A DNA stretch of 64,000 bases from an uncultured Candidatus Saccharibacteria bacterium (GTDB lineage Bacteria > Patescibacteriota > Saccharimonadia > Saccharimonadales > JAGQNJ01), in contig CAYRSA010000001.1 in NCBI GenBank assembly GCA_964426845.1, positions 107,237 through 171,236 of the forward strand, read 5' to 3'. Positions 9,134 through 18,351 of the stretch are shown one piece after another (position 1 is the first letter of the stretch; every line of letters starts with the position of its first letter). Made by a program: the position numbers and the translations under genes. The notes under the pieces were generated by a model, which worked only from the letters and a program-made list of their open reading frames with translations, did no database searches and was not told where the DNA came from.

Positions 9134-12109
9134 CTAGGGTCGCTTACTATACCAGCCTTTTATGAAGTAGGTTCCTAGGAATCCAGTGGCAATCACCAGT
9201 AAACCACCAATCGCCAATCGCCAATCTCGGCTTGTATTGGCGGCTGTGTCAGTCGCCTGACTGCCAGCTTGATCAAGCGGTACAGCCGATGGGCACGCCT
9301 CCTCCGTCCGGGCACCAGCAACACTCGAATTTGCTGGGCAAGCTTGACTACTGTCGGCCGGAGCCGCCACTTCTTCGGCTTTAATAGGAGCTGCCAAAGT
9401 GGTGTACTGCTGGCTCCGGCCGACGCGGCTGACCTGAGTACTGCCAGCAGGACTGGCTGATGCACCGGACGAAGCGGATGATCCATCAGAGTCTCCTGAT
9501 GGCGAAATCGAGCCGGTTTTAACCAGCATAAAGGTGCCGAACTCTGACGGCGTGTGGGTTGGTGCTGTTGGTAGGTTATTGCCAACGGCCGTACTAACCG
9601 CCGTCGAAGTCATAGGGATAGATAGGTTGCCACCTGCGTAGGTCCCACTGGCCACCGGGTCACCGAAGTAATTTTGAACGTCAATCACTTCGTAGGTGTC
9701 ACCCTCTCCTAAAACACTACTAGGATCAGCGCTGACAGTACTACTGCCAGGCCAGTTGAAGATAGTGATATTGGCTTTTTCTGGCTCGTAGGCGTTAGGC
9801 CGGAAGAGCACAGTTGTACTGTTGGGAGCCGATGAAGCGTAAGTATTATCGGGGTAGTCCGATGGGAAGCTGGCTGGCACATTGCCATACATCAAATTAT
9901 CCTCAATGACTTTTTCGGGGCTAAGCCCAATGTTACGAACCGCCGTGCTAGCCGACAGTAAATTATCAGCCACAGTGCAGTAGTTACAGCCGCCGGTGTA
10001 GCCAAGGTCCAAGGCACTGCCACCGCTTTGCGGTGAGTAAGCCGCATTACCAACTATGGCGGCATTTTTTGCCTGTGGATAGCCCCCTAGCAAAATGTTA
10101 GTGGTGTAGGCCGTTCCACCAGATAGATGGCCGTTGTAGAAAGAGGTATTATTACGCAAAAGAATATTATCGAGATTACCACCCTGAGTATAGGCGTGAA
10201 TTCCATAACCAAAATTGGAAAACAAGAAGTTGTTCTCGATGTTTTTCATGCCAGTACTGTTATTCATGTACAAGCCATGTCCAGCGCCACCGTCAGCGCC
10301 TTGCCAGCCGTTATAGTACAGTAGATTACCGTAGACTTCGGCACCGGTGGCTCCGCCCCAGTTACCCATGCCTTGAGCGGTATCATGGGCCAAGCTATTA
10401 ATCACCCGGTTGCTGGGTCCGACAACAAAGAAACCCTCCCCGCGGTTTCGGTCTGGCAGGCCGTCACCACCGATAGAGCTAGTTCGGTCAGGATTAGAGT
10501 TAATAACTTCCAGCCCCCAATACCATGAATATTGGCCACTAATGTACATGATTTCAGAGTTTGAGGTACCGCCATCAATGATTGCTCGCTCGTCGTTGTA
10601 ATTACGCACCACGATTGGGCGAGTCGCGGTGCCGGCGAGAGTCGACGTAAAATTTCCGGAGTAGGTGCCGCCATGAAGCCAAATTGTATCGCCAGCTTCA
10701 ACCTCTGCGGGTTGGCTCAGGGCAGTCTGTAAATCCCAAGGGTCACCAAGACTACCGTCTCCGGCCGCCGTGCCATCCGTAGTAACATGCCATTCATTAC
10801 CCACATAATCATCAAGGGTCGTAAAGGTGGTGTCACTACTGGTGGCAGCGTTGTCATTGACGTCGTCGGCCAAGGCTCTGAAATGATATGTCGTACCCGG
10901 CGTTAAACCGGTCAATGTAGTCGAATGATAGTAAGTTGGGGCAGTTTGCAGGGCCGTGGTAGTGCCATAGCTAGTGGTCGGACCGTATTCGAGCTGGCCA
11001 CTCGTGGGTTCGTCGGTAACCCAAACAAGCGTGGCCGTGGTCTGCCCAAGGCTATGGCTGTTGGTAGCTTGAAATGACGGATCAGTATCAACCGTCACTT
11101 CAACAGTAGTAGCCGCCACAATACCGCCATTGGCATCAGTACCGACTGCTGAAATTAGATATTCGCCTTCTTCCAACGCCGAGGTATCCCAGCTGTACTG
11201 GTAAGGCGGGCTGGCATCCGGCGAGCCCAAAGCCTCACCATTGGCATAGAACTGGACGCTGGACATGCTGGGCGAGCCACTGGCGCTTGCCTGGATAGAC
11301 GTAGTGCCATGAACTGTAGCTCCATCTGTTGGAGCGGTAATGGCAAGGGAATTCGCAAGCCCTTGGTTGCTTAGTTCAGTGACTTCCGTCGGGCTAAGCA
11401 CCCGGTTATAGACTCGAACATCATCTAGGACGCCCTTTAGTTCTAAGTTGAATCCCGGCCACAGCGCCCGGCCTAAACTGAAGTACGGGCCCAGAGTCTG
11501 GGGGCAAGTCGAGTCCAATCCAGCGATGGCGATGCCGTTGAGGTATAGCCGTGATTGTCCATCGGCCTCGGAGTTGGTAACTGTAACATGGGTCCACTCG
11601 CTTAAGTCTACATTATGGCGAATGGTATGATCGTTCTCGAAATTGGTTCGAAAGACGTCTAGATTGTTGGTGGTGTTGTCATAGGTTAAGGCTTGGCAAA
11701 AGTGACCCGACGAACCACTGGCCGCCTGGCCCAGCAGAAACTGATTGTTGTCACCGTCGGCATCAGTTTTGACGAAAAAACTATAGCTAAAAGTTGGCTC
11801 TTGGGTCTGTAGCAACTGGAAGGGAATCACTACAATATCATCAGTGCCGTCAAACTGAATACCGTTACCAAGCTTGCCGGCCGCCGCCGTCGCCCCGTTC
11901 TGGAGTTCGCCATCATAATTATTGCCAGAGCTGTCCGGCACCGTGGCGCCGCTAATATCATCGAAAGTGTAGTGAGCTACCAAGCCGTCTGACAAATCAG
12001 CCTCAACCACGTGGTTAATAGAGGCGCCAACTCCCAAACATGCCACTACTACGACCACCAGGATCACAACACGACTAAATCCCCCAAATTTTGGTTTTTG
12101 CACTCGCAT
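9134..12109 (-). CDS. Large cell-surface protein: signal peptide, LamG-like lectin, Ig-like, FN3-like, right-handed beta-helix, Ser/Ala-rich stalk, C-terminal TM anchor
   Basis: 991 aa. LVAHYTFDDISGATVPDSSGNNYDG resembles LamG_3. GTTYHFRA resembles the end of an FN3 domain. Repeated N/G-rich turns (NNFLFSNFGYGIHAY...NNTSFYNG) fit a pectate-lyase fold. The hydrophobic C-terminus ends in KGWYSKRP. Confidence 0.8.
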   Translation of the reverse strand: MRVQKPKFGGFSRVVILVVVVVACLGVGASINHVVEADLSDGLVAHYTFDDISGATVPDSSGNNYDGELQNGATAAAGKLGNGIQFDGTDDIVVIPFQLLQTQEPTFSYSFFVKTDADGDNNQFLLGQAASGSSGHFCQALTYDNTTNNLDVFRTNFENDHTIRHNVDLSEWTHVTVTNSEADGQSRLYLNGIAIAGLDSTCPQTLGPYFSLGRALWPGFNLELKGVLDDVRVYNRVLSPTEVTELSNQGLANSLAITAPTDGATVHGTTSIQASASGSPSMSSVQFYANGEALGSPDASPPYQYSWDTSALEEGEYLISAVGTDANGGIVAATTVEVTVDTDPSFQATNSHSLGQTTATLVWVTDEPTSGQLEYGPTTSYGTTTALQTAPTYYHSTTLTGLTPGTTYHFRALADDVNDNAATSSDTTFTTLDDYVGNEWHVTTDGTAAGDGSLGDPWDLQTALSQPAEVEAGDTIWLHGGTYSGNFTSTLAGTATRPIVVRNYNDERAIIDGGTSNSEIMYISGQYSWYWGLEVINSNPDRTSSIGGDGLPDRNRGEGFFVVGPSNRVINSLAHDTAQGMGNWGGATGAEVYGNLLYYNGWQGADGGAGHGLYMNNSTGMKNIENNFLFSNFGYGIHAYTQGGNLDNILLRNNTSFYNGHLSGGTAYTTNILLGGYPQAKNAAIVGNAAYSPQSGGSALDLGYTGGCNYCTVADNLLSASTAVRNIGLSPEKVIEDNLMYGNVPASFPSDYPDNTYASSAPNSTTVLFRPNAYEPEKANITIFNWPGSSTVSADPSSVLGEGDTYEVIDVQNYFGDPVASGTYAGGNLSIPMTSTAVSTAVGNNLPTAPTHTPSEFGTFMLVKTGSISPSGDSDGSSASSGASASPAGSTQVSRVGRSQQYTTLAAPIKAEEVAAPADSSQACPANSSVAGARTEEACPSAVPLDQAGSQATDTAANTSRDWRLAIGGLLVIATGFLGTYFIKGWYSKRP

Positions 12110-12171
12110 AACTGCTTATGCTCTAGTATACACTGCTAGTCAAAGAGCTAACAGTTCTGGCAAGCCAATTG

Positions 12172-12663
12172 CTAGCTATTCAGTTTCAAAGTTTTCAGAA
12201 TCTTACGGCGCTCGCCATTGGCAGCCGGGAATAAATCGATAATCGACAGGGAATCAATGACAACGCTGTCGCCGGTTTGTAGCCGCTTGGCACCCTGGAC
12301 AGTACTGTGCGGCCTAAAACCCTCTGCCTGAAACTGCGGATCATTAAAGACCGCTCCAGCCTTCACTAAGAGAGAATGCAGCTTGTTGTGGAGGTCAACT
12401 AGCTCAGTAGACTTCTCGATGATCATAACCTCGACGTCCTTATGAGGGCCAAACATAGCCGGCTCTCCAACTTGAACTGTGACCGGCCTTTGTTGTTTAA
12501 CTACATCGCTCATCATCTCGGCCATAGTCTTACCGTCGCAAGCTATGGCAAAAACACCAATTATTGTGATGTGAAGAGGAAAGCTGGCGGCCGGAAACTC
12601 GGTGCCCTCACTAATAGGCTCCATCAAAGCAATAATCGCGTACTTTTGGCTAAACTTGGTCAC
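12172..12663 (-). CDS. 2H phosphoesterase superfamily protein (LigT/2'-5' RNA ligase-like)
   Basis: Two HxT/Sx motifs, PLHITII and RPHSTVQ, sit at the expected spacing. The 230-aa track ORF has an implausible N-terminal extension. I place the start at GTG 12663; the alternative is ATG 12624. Confidence 0.6.
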   Translation of the reverse strand: MTKFSQKYAIIALMEPISEGTEFPAASFPLHITIIGVFAIACDGKTMAEMMSDVVKQQRPVTVQVGEPAMFGPHKDVEVMIIEKSTELVDLHNKLHSLLVKAGAVFNDPQFQAEGFRPHSTVQGAKRLQTGDSVVIDSLSIIDLFPAANGERRKILKTLKLNS

Positions 12664-13042
12664 TTGAAGCACTGTTAACTGTATCTGACAGAGGCAATGC
12701 ATAAATCTCGGGATACAATCTAGCGTAAATATCACGAGCCTCCTGCGGCACAGTTTGGTCGTGCATAGCTCGTGCGAAATTTTCTTCGGCGATAGCGGCA
12801 GCACGGGTGCCATCCAGACTCTCGGTATTACTAACGAAATGATGTGATATGGCGGCCCGGGCAAGTGGATCGGCAGCGTTCATTAAAGCCAATAGTTGAT
12901 CAGCCCGTTCTTCACGTGTACCTTGGGCGTCAACCGTCATCCTACCTAAAGCTTCTCCCCACTGATTAATTCCCTGCAGAAAAAGAGGTAGAGTGGCATC
13001 ATCGGACTCTGGCTGGCTAGTTTGAAGTTCTTGGTCTGGCAT
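12650..13042 (-). CDS. Hypothetical acidic protein
   Basis: 130-aa ORF that overlaps the 2H phosphoesterase start by 14 nt if GTG 12663 is used. I recognised no motif. Confidence 0.45.
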   Translation of the reverse strand: MPDQELQTSQPESDDATLPLFLQGINQWGEALGRMTVDAQGTREERADQLLALMNAADPLARAAISHHFVSNTESLDGTRAAAIAEENFARAMHDQTVPQEARDIYARLYPEIYALPLSDTVNSASSDQV

Positions 13043-13130
13043 GGCTAAATAATAGCAAAGATCAGTGAAAAAGTATTCACTGCCTTGTTGGGCCGAGCGG
13101 GGCAGAATAGACGATCAAGCATAGGATTTC

Positions 13131-13205
13131 TGGTGATCTCTAGGGGAATCGAACCCCTATTTCCAGGATGAGAACCTGGTGTCCTAACCGTTAGACGAAG
13201 AGACC
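13131..13205 (-). tRNA. tRNA-Glu (anticodon CUC), CCA encoded
   Basis: The minus strand reads GGTCTCTTCGTCTAACGGTTAGGACACCAGGTTCTCATCCTGGAAATAGGGGTTCGATTCCCCTAGAGATCACCA. It folds with a 7-bp acceptor stem, an anticodon stem CCAGG/CCTGG around loop TTCTCAT, and a T-arm GGGGTTCGATTCCCC. Confidence 0.9.
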
Positions 13206-13319
13206 GTGAGAACCAACGTATACTACCACAACAGGGGTGATATTACAAAGTTACAGCTACCAAACGTCGCCTGAATGGTTTATACTTATGCTTAAGAGAA
13301 GAGGTGGCAAAAAAAGAGC

Positions 13320-15125
13320 ATGCAACATGTAAAACCCAAATGGCTCCATACCTACAATTACTGTCTGGTGTTCTTAGATGTCGCCTTGTTTGTTGCTTAC
13401 TGGCTGTTTAGTTATCTAGATGTAAGCCAGGCCACCAGGGACTACTGGGGGATAACCTCGACAATCCTAATTATTGCCGCCGTCCATGCGGCCTACTCGC
13501 TATTAATATATCCTTTTGTACACAAGAAGAATGAATGGATGGCTTTTGCCATCGCCATGATGATATTCGGCACGCTATGGGCCGGTATCATCGAGACTAG
13601 CGGCAACACCAATTTGTGGTATCGAGCCGGATTCGCTGCCTTTGTATTCTTTTTGAACATGGTCGGTCCTTGGCTGGCGGTGGCAGCGGCCTCACTGGCC
13701 TGGATCCTCTTGGTATTCACGGTGATCGGCGTAACCCCCGGAAGTAACGCTACTAATCTGCAGAATGCCCTTATTGACATGCTTGTGACACTTTGCGTGG
13801 TTGGGGGATGGCTATTCTTTCGACGCTACTACGTCAAAAAACGCGATCATGAGACTATAGCTTTAGCTCATTTGCTAGAGCAAGAGCAGGTTAAGTCCAG
13901 TGTCGTGCTTGAAGCCATCACCGACGGAGTGGTGGTTGTCACCGTCAAAGGGACCGTCCAGATCATAAATGCCGCAGCCGCCAGCATGTTTGGCTGGACT
14001 AAAGATGAGGCTCAGCACGTTAACTACCAGTCACTATACAAGTTGGTTGATAACAGTGGCCAGCCAGTTGGCCCCGAACAAGCCACCAACGTCCAGGACG
14101 TTATAACTCTAACCCTGCAAACTGGCGAACCACACCAGGCAGTAGTCATGATAAGCACCCGCAATAATCGGCAGTTCTACGCCGATGTCGTGGCCTCGCC
14201 GATCAAGGGTCCGGCCACCACCAACGATCCGGGAGGCCAGCCGCCGCTAGTGGGTGTCATTGTGGTTTTCCGCGATGTCGACAAGCAGAAAAGGGAAGAG
14301 CAGCAGCGAACTGAATTTATCAGTACAGCCAGTCACGAGATGCGTACGCCAGTAGCCGCTATCGAAGGTTACTTGGCTCTAGCTATGAACGATAAAGTCT
14401 GCCTGATTGACGAGAAGGCTAGGGGCTACCTGGATAAAGCTCACTCTAGCACCCAGCATCTCGGCGAGCTATTTCAAGACTTATTAACCTCGGCTAAAGC
14501 CGACGATGGCCGCCTAGCCAGTCATCCCCAAGTCGTAGAATTCGGTAGCTACCTCGAGAAAATCGTCGATGACCTCCGCTTTGCCGCCGAGAAAAAAGGT
14601 CTGGCCCTAGAATACGTTATGGGCACCGATCAGGAGAGTATCTCAACCCGTACCAACTCCACCAAGATGATAAAACCCCTGTATTACGCCGAGGTTGACC
14701 CAGACAGGGTCCGCGAGGTGATCACTAATCTGTTCGACAACGCCGTCAAATATACGCCCTCTGGCAAGATTACAATTGGCCTAACCGGCAACCGTGACGT
14801 TGTTCAGTTCTACGTCAAAGACACTGGTGGCGGTATTGCCCCCGAAGATGTTCCGCATCTGTTTCAAAAGTTCTACCGTATCGATAACTCAGCTACTCGC
14901 ACCATCGGCGGCACCGGCCTGGGCCTATTCATTTGCCGAAAGATTGTCGAGCTTTACAAAGGTCGCATCTGGGTAAAAAGCCAATTAGGACAGGGCAGTA
15001 CCTTTTTTGTCAATTTCCCACGTTTAGATAATGCTCAAGCAGAGGCTGCCCGCCAACGCCTCCAGAGGACCACACAACCAGCCAAGCCTACTAATCCCAA
15101 ACCGTCGACAACCGTGGTACAATAA
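13320..15125 (+). CDS. Sensor histidine kinase (multi-TM N-terminus, PAS, HisKA, HATPase_c)
   Basis: It has the H-box ASHEMRTPVAAI, the N-box NLFDNAVKYT, and DTGGGIA and GGTGLGL. About 5 hydrophobic helices lie in the first 170 aa. Confidence 0.9.
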   Translation: MQHVKPKWLHTYNYCLVFLDVALFVAYWLFSYLDVSQATRDYWGITSTILIIAAVHAAYSLLIYPFVHKKNEWMAFAIAMMIFGTLWAGIIETSGNTNLWYRAGFAAFVFFLNMVGPWLAVAAASLAWILLVFTVIGVTPGSNATNLQNALIDMLVTLCVVGGWLFFRRYYVKKRDHETIALAHLLEQEQVKSSVVLEAITDGVVVVTVKGTVQIINAAAASMFGWTKDEAQHVNYQSLYKLVDNSGQPVGPEQATNVQDVITLTLQTGEPHQAVVMISTRNNRQFYADVVASPIKGPATTNDPGGQPPLVGVIVVFRDVDKQKREEQQRTEFISTASHEMRTPVAAIEGYLALAMNDKVCLIDEKARGYLDKAHSSTQHLGELFQDLLTSAKADDGRLASHPQVVEFGSYLEKIVDDLRFAAEKKGLALEYVMGTDQESISTRTNSTKMIKPLYYAEVDPDRVREVITNLFDNAVKYTPSGKITIGLTGNRDVVQFYVKDTGGGIAPEDVPHLFQKFYRIDNSATRTIGGTGLGLFICRKIVELYKGRIWVKSQLGQGSTFFVNFPRLDNAQAEAARQRLQRTTQPAKPTNPKPSTTVVQ

Positions 15126-15165
15126 TTTTATAACCATAACCATGAATTCATAGGAGCAATCAGCA

Positions 15166-16305
15166 ATGTCAAAAATCATGTTGGTCGAAGACGATAACTC
15201 CCTTAGAGAGATTTACGAAGCTCGCCTAGCAGCCGAGGGCTACACCGTAGTTTCAGCCAAAGACGGCGAGGAAGCCCTGGCTATGGCCCTAAAAGAGCAC
15301 CCCGACCTAATAATCGCTGATGTCATGATGCCTAAGGTTAGTGGCTTTGACATGCTGGATATTCTGCGCTCCACCCCTGAAACCAAAAACACCAAGATTA
15401 TTATGATGACCGCTCTGAGCCAAGCCGAGGACAAAGCCCGAGCCGAGAAACTGGGCGCTGACCGCTACCTAGTCAAATCTCAGGTAACCCTGGAGGACGT
15501 CACCCGCGAGGCCCGTGAAATCCTAAACGAATTAGACAGTCAAGCGGCCGCCACGGTTGCCAAAGTCTCTGGCGACCCGCCACCACCTGCCACACCAGCT
15601 GCGCCAGTTGTTCCGGCTGCACCTCTGCCACCGCCTCCAGAACCCCCAAAACCAGCACCGCCACCACCACCTCCAGCGCCCCCAGAACCCCCAAAACCAG
15701 CACCGCCACCGCCACCGCCACCGCCAAAACCAAAGCCCACACCTCCGCCGCCACCGCCAAGTGATCCGATAACACCAACTGTTACGACCATACCAGTGAC
15801 AGCTCCTGACGACGAGGCTGCCGCCATAACCGAGCCACCAAAAGATGACAATGCGGCCGTCGATGCCCAGCTGGAAGCAGCTGCCGAGGCTCTCAGTACT
15901 CCTGTAAAAAAAGAGGAGGCTGAGGTCAAAGAACAAGTTGATGATTTTATAGCCGCCAACCCGACCCTGTCGACAACCGCTGAGGCCGAGCCAAAGCCCA
16001 CTAATACTACGGCCTCGGATGCCGTTAACAGCTTGACCAAACCAGCCCAATCAGCCAACAAGCCCGAGGCTGAGACTGAAGAATCAGATCGGGCCTATGT
16101 AAGCACTGGTCAGAGCAAAGACGGGGACTCCTTGAAGCACACCAAAACCATAGAACCAACTCCTGATGCCGAGCGGGCCAAAGCCACACCCGACCTCAAT
16201 AAACTACTCGCGAAGGAAGGGGAAAGTATCGATGCCGAAACAGCACCGCCGGTTAATAGCGTGATCGCTCCCAACAACGGCAACGGGGCGCCGTCTACCG
16301 TCTAG
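15166..16305 (+). CDS. Response regulator receiver domain fused to a ~250-aa polyproline/Ala/Glu-rich tail
   Basis: The receiver region reads IMLVEDDNSLREIY...DLIIADVMMPKVSGFD...LVKSQV, preceded by an AGGAG RBS. Residues ~135-205 are nearly pure P/A/K/E. Confidence 0.85.
   Translation: MSKIMLVEDDNSLREIYEARLAAEGYTVVSAKDGEEALAMALKEHPDLIIADVMMPKVSGFDMLDILRSTPETKNTKIIMMTALSQAEDKARAEKLGADRYLVKSQVTLEDVTREAREILNELDSQAAATVAKVSGDPPPPATPAAPVVPAAPLPPPPEPPKPAPPPPPPAPPEPPKPAPPPPPPPPKPKPTPPPPPPSDPITPTVTTIPVTAPDDEAAAITEPPKDDNAAVDAQLEAAAEALSTPVKKEEAEVKEQVDDFIAANPTLSTTAEAEPKPTNTTASDAVNSLTKPAQSANKPEAETEESDRAYVSTGQSKDGDSLKHTKTIEPTPDAERAKATPDLNKLLAKEGESIDAETAPPVNSVIAPNNGNGAPSTV
15637..15726 (+). repeat. 2 x 45-nt tandem direct repeat encoding PEPPKPAPPPPPP
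   Basis: The 29-nt core CCAGAACCCCCAAAACCAGCACCGCCACC occurs identically at 15637 and at 15682. Confidence 0.8.
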
Positions 16306-16318
16306 AACTGACTCGGAC

Positions 16319-16981
16319 ATGCGTGTTAATAAATTCATAGCGGCCAGCACATCTCTTTCGCGGCGGGCGGCCGACACAGCTATCGCCAACGGTCGAGTCC
16401 GTATCAATGACCAAGTAGCGCAGCTTGGTAGCAATGTCGCCCTCGACGACCAAGTCACCCTCGATGGGCAGCCTGTCACTAAGCGGGCAGTCACACAAAC
16501 AATTATCCTCCACAAGCCGGTCGGCTATGTTTGCTCGAAAGCTGGACAGGGTAGCAAGACCATATACGAGTTACTGCCCAACGAGCTGTGGCATCTCAAG
16601 CCGGTTGGCCGCCTAGATAAAGATTCCTCCGGCCTGCTAGTCATGACCGATGATGGCCAACTAGCCAACCAACTAACTCATCCGTCATATCAAAAGGACA
16701 AAACATACGAAATATCCCTTGATAGGGGATTAGAGGCTCAGGATTTTGAGCAAATTACTAACCTGGGCGTAAAACTCGATGACGGACTCAGTAAGCTGAG
16801 GTTAAGTTACATTAATGATAACGGGGCTCAGCTGAGAGTAGTTATGCACGAGGGCCGTAACCGCCAAATCCGCCGGACTTTCGAGGCCCTAGACTATAGG
16901 GTGATGGTTCTACACCGCACAGAGTTCGGCCCTTACAACCTTGGGCCACTGCCAGCAGGCAAGTACCAAGCTGTCAAATGA
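16319..16981 (+). CDS. rRNA pseudouridine synthase, RsuA/RluB family (S4 domain + catalytic domain)
   Basis: The S4-like N-terminus is MRVNKFIAASTSLSRRAADTAIANGRVRIN and the catalytic motif is VGRLDKDSSGLLVMTDDG. Confidence 0.9.
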   Translation: MRVNKFIAASTSLSRRAADTAIANGRVRINDQVAQLGSNVALDDQVTLDGQPVTKRAVTQTIILHKPVGYVCSKAGQGSKTIYELLPNELWHLKPVGRLDKDSSGLLVMTDDGQLANQLTHPSYQKDKTYEISLDRGLEAQDFEQITNLGVKLDDGLSKLRLSYINDNGAQLRVVMHEGRNRQIRRTFEALDYRVMVLHRTEFGPYNLGPLPAGKYQAVK

Positions 16982-17018
16982 TAGATTTTTTACAACATTT
17001 GTGGTATAATCCCCTCAA

Positions 17019-18335
17019 GTGAGTAGCAAAACTAAAGTACCGATCATAGCTATTGTCGGCCGGGCCAATGTGGGCAAGTCCAGTCTTTTTAATAATGTTC
17101 TAGGCCGGCGCGAGACCATCGTGGCCGACGAACCTGGCACCACCCGTGACAGTATTTACGGTCGGGCTCATTGGGAAGGCTATGACTTCTGGGTTGTTGA
17201 CACCGCTGGCATGAAAGACCCCAAAGACGACTTTGAATTTACAATTCAAGAACAAATTAGCCAAGCCACCGAAAGCGCCGATATCATCTGGGTGGTCATC
17301 GAAGCTGATGTCGGTATTACCGATGACGACCGTCGCTTGGCTAAGCAAGCCCTCAAGAGCAAAAAGCCGGTCTTCTTAGTAGTCAACAAAGCTGACAAAG
17401 CCTATAAGGCCACCGAGGCCGATTACCAGCGACTAGGCGTCAAAGACATCTTTATGACCTCAGCCACCCAAAACCGGGGCATTCCGGCTATGTTGGATGA
17501 GCTGGTCAACCTCATACCTAAAACCGCCATTCCTGTCGATCAAGATCGTATCACTATCGCGCTCCTGGGCCGCCCCAATGTTGGCAAATCTTATCTGTTT
17601 AACACCTTGGCTAAGAAACAACAGGCCATCGTGGCCGATCGGGCTGGCACCACCCGTGACATTAACCGCTTGACCGTCCGTCACAAGCAAAAAGAGATCG
17701 AGATCCTGGACACCGCCGGTATCCGCCGCAGCGGCAAGATCGAGCGGGGCATCGAGAAGTTCAGCGTTATTAGGTCATTATCAGCCATCGAGCAAGCCGA
17801 TGTCTGCTTACTACTAATGGACGCTAACGAGCTCAACGTGGCCCTGGACCAAAAAATCGCCGGCATGATCAAAGAGGCTGGCAAGGGCCTGATCCTAGTA
17901 GTCAGCAAGTGGGACTCGGTCGACAAAGATGCCTACACCCGAGATAGCCTAGCTCCTAGCATCCAGCGCGAATTCATCTTCGTTCCCTGGGCACCACTGA
18001 TATTTACTAGCTCGGTCACTGGCCAAAACGTCACCAAGTTGTTTGATCTGGCTCAGGACATCGTCAACGCTCGCTCAACACTGATTAAAACACCTGTTCT
18101 AAACCGCTGGCTTCACCAGATTACTGACGAGCACCCGCCGGCCGGACTCAAAAATAAAACACCGAAATTAAATTACATGATTCAAGAGGGCGACAACCCG
18201 ACCAACTTCAAAGTCTATGGCAAAGACACCAAGTTCCTGCATTGGAGTTACAAAAGGTTTATGGAGCGACGCCTTAGAGAAGAATTTGGCTTCGAAGGTA
18301 CGCCAGTCCGTTTCTGGTTCTTCGACAAAAAATAA
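17019..18335 (+). CDS. der: Ribosome-associated GTPase Der (EngA)
   Basis: Two tandem G domains (GRANVGKSSLFN and GRPNVGKSYLFN, each followed by DTAG and NKxD-type motifs) precede a KH-like C-terminus. The start is GTG. Confidence 0.95.
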   Translation: MSSKTKVPIIAIVGRANVGKSSLFNNVLGRRETIVADEPGTTRDSIYGRAHWEGYDFWVVDTAGMKDPKDDFEFTIQEQISQATESADIIWVVIEADVGITDDDRRLAKQALKSKKPVFLVVNKADKAYKATEADYQRLGVKDIFMTSATQNRGIPAMLDELVNLIPKTAIPVDQDRITIALLGRPNVGKSYLFNTLAKKQQAIVADRAGTTRDINRLTVRHKQKEIEILDTAGIRRSGKIERGIEKFSVIRSLSAIEQADVCLLLMDANELNVALDQKIAGMIKEAGKGLILVVSKWDSVDKDAYTRDSLAPSIQREFIFVPWAPLIFTSSVTGQNVTKLFDLAQDIVNARSTLIKTPVLNRWLHQITDEHPPAGLKNKTPKLNYMIQEGDNPTNFKVYGKDTKFLHWSYKRFMERRLREEFGFEGTPVRFWFFDKK

Positions 18336-18351
18336 GTATACCAAGACCCTT

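Noticed and set aside
9120-9150. A possible att-like direct repeat of the tRNA-Glu 3' end at the far boundary of the 9134-13205 minus-strand block
   Set aside because: The similarity is only TGATCT..AGGG (about 10 nt with a gap). It coincides with the two convergent stop codons and is too short to distinguish from chance. There is also no integrase.
12664-12864. The N-terminal 67 residues of the 230-aa track ORF (12172-12864)
   Set aside because: This extension overlaps the upstream 130-aa gene over most of its length and has a Cys/Leu-rich composition that is not protein-like. The 2H phosphoesterase homology begins near KYAIIAL, so the start was moved to 12663, with 12624 as the alternative.
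15500-16061. Several long antisense or alternative-frame ORFs (92-173 aa, rich in G/W/R) across the proline-coding repeat
   Set aside because: They are shadow ORFs produced by the CCN/GGN-rich low-complexity sequence of the genuine + strand gene. The + frame continues in-frame from a canonical receiver domain.
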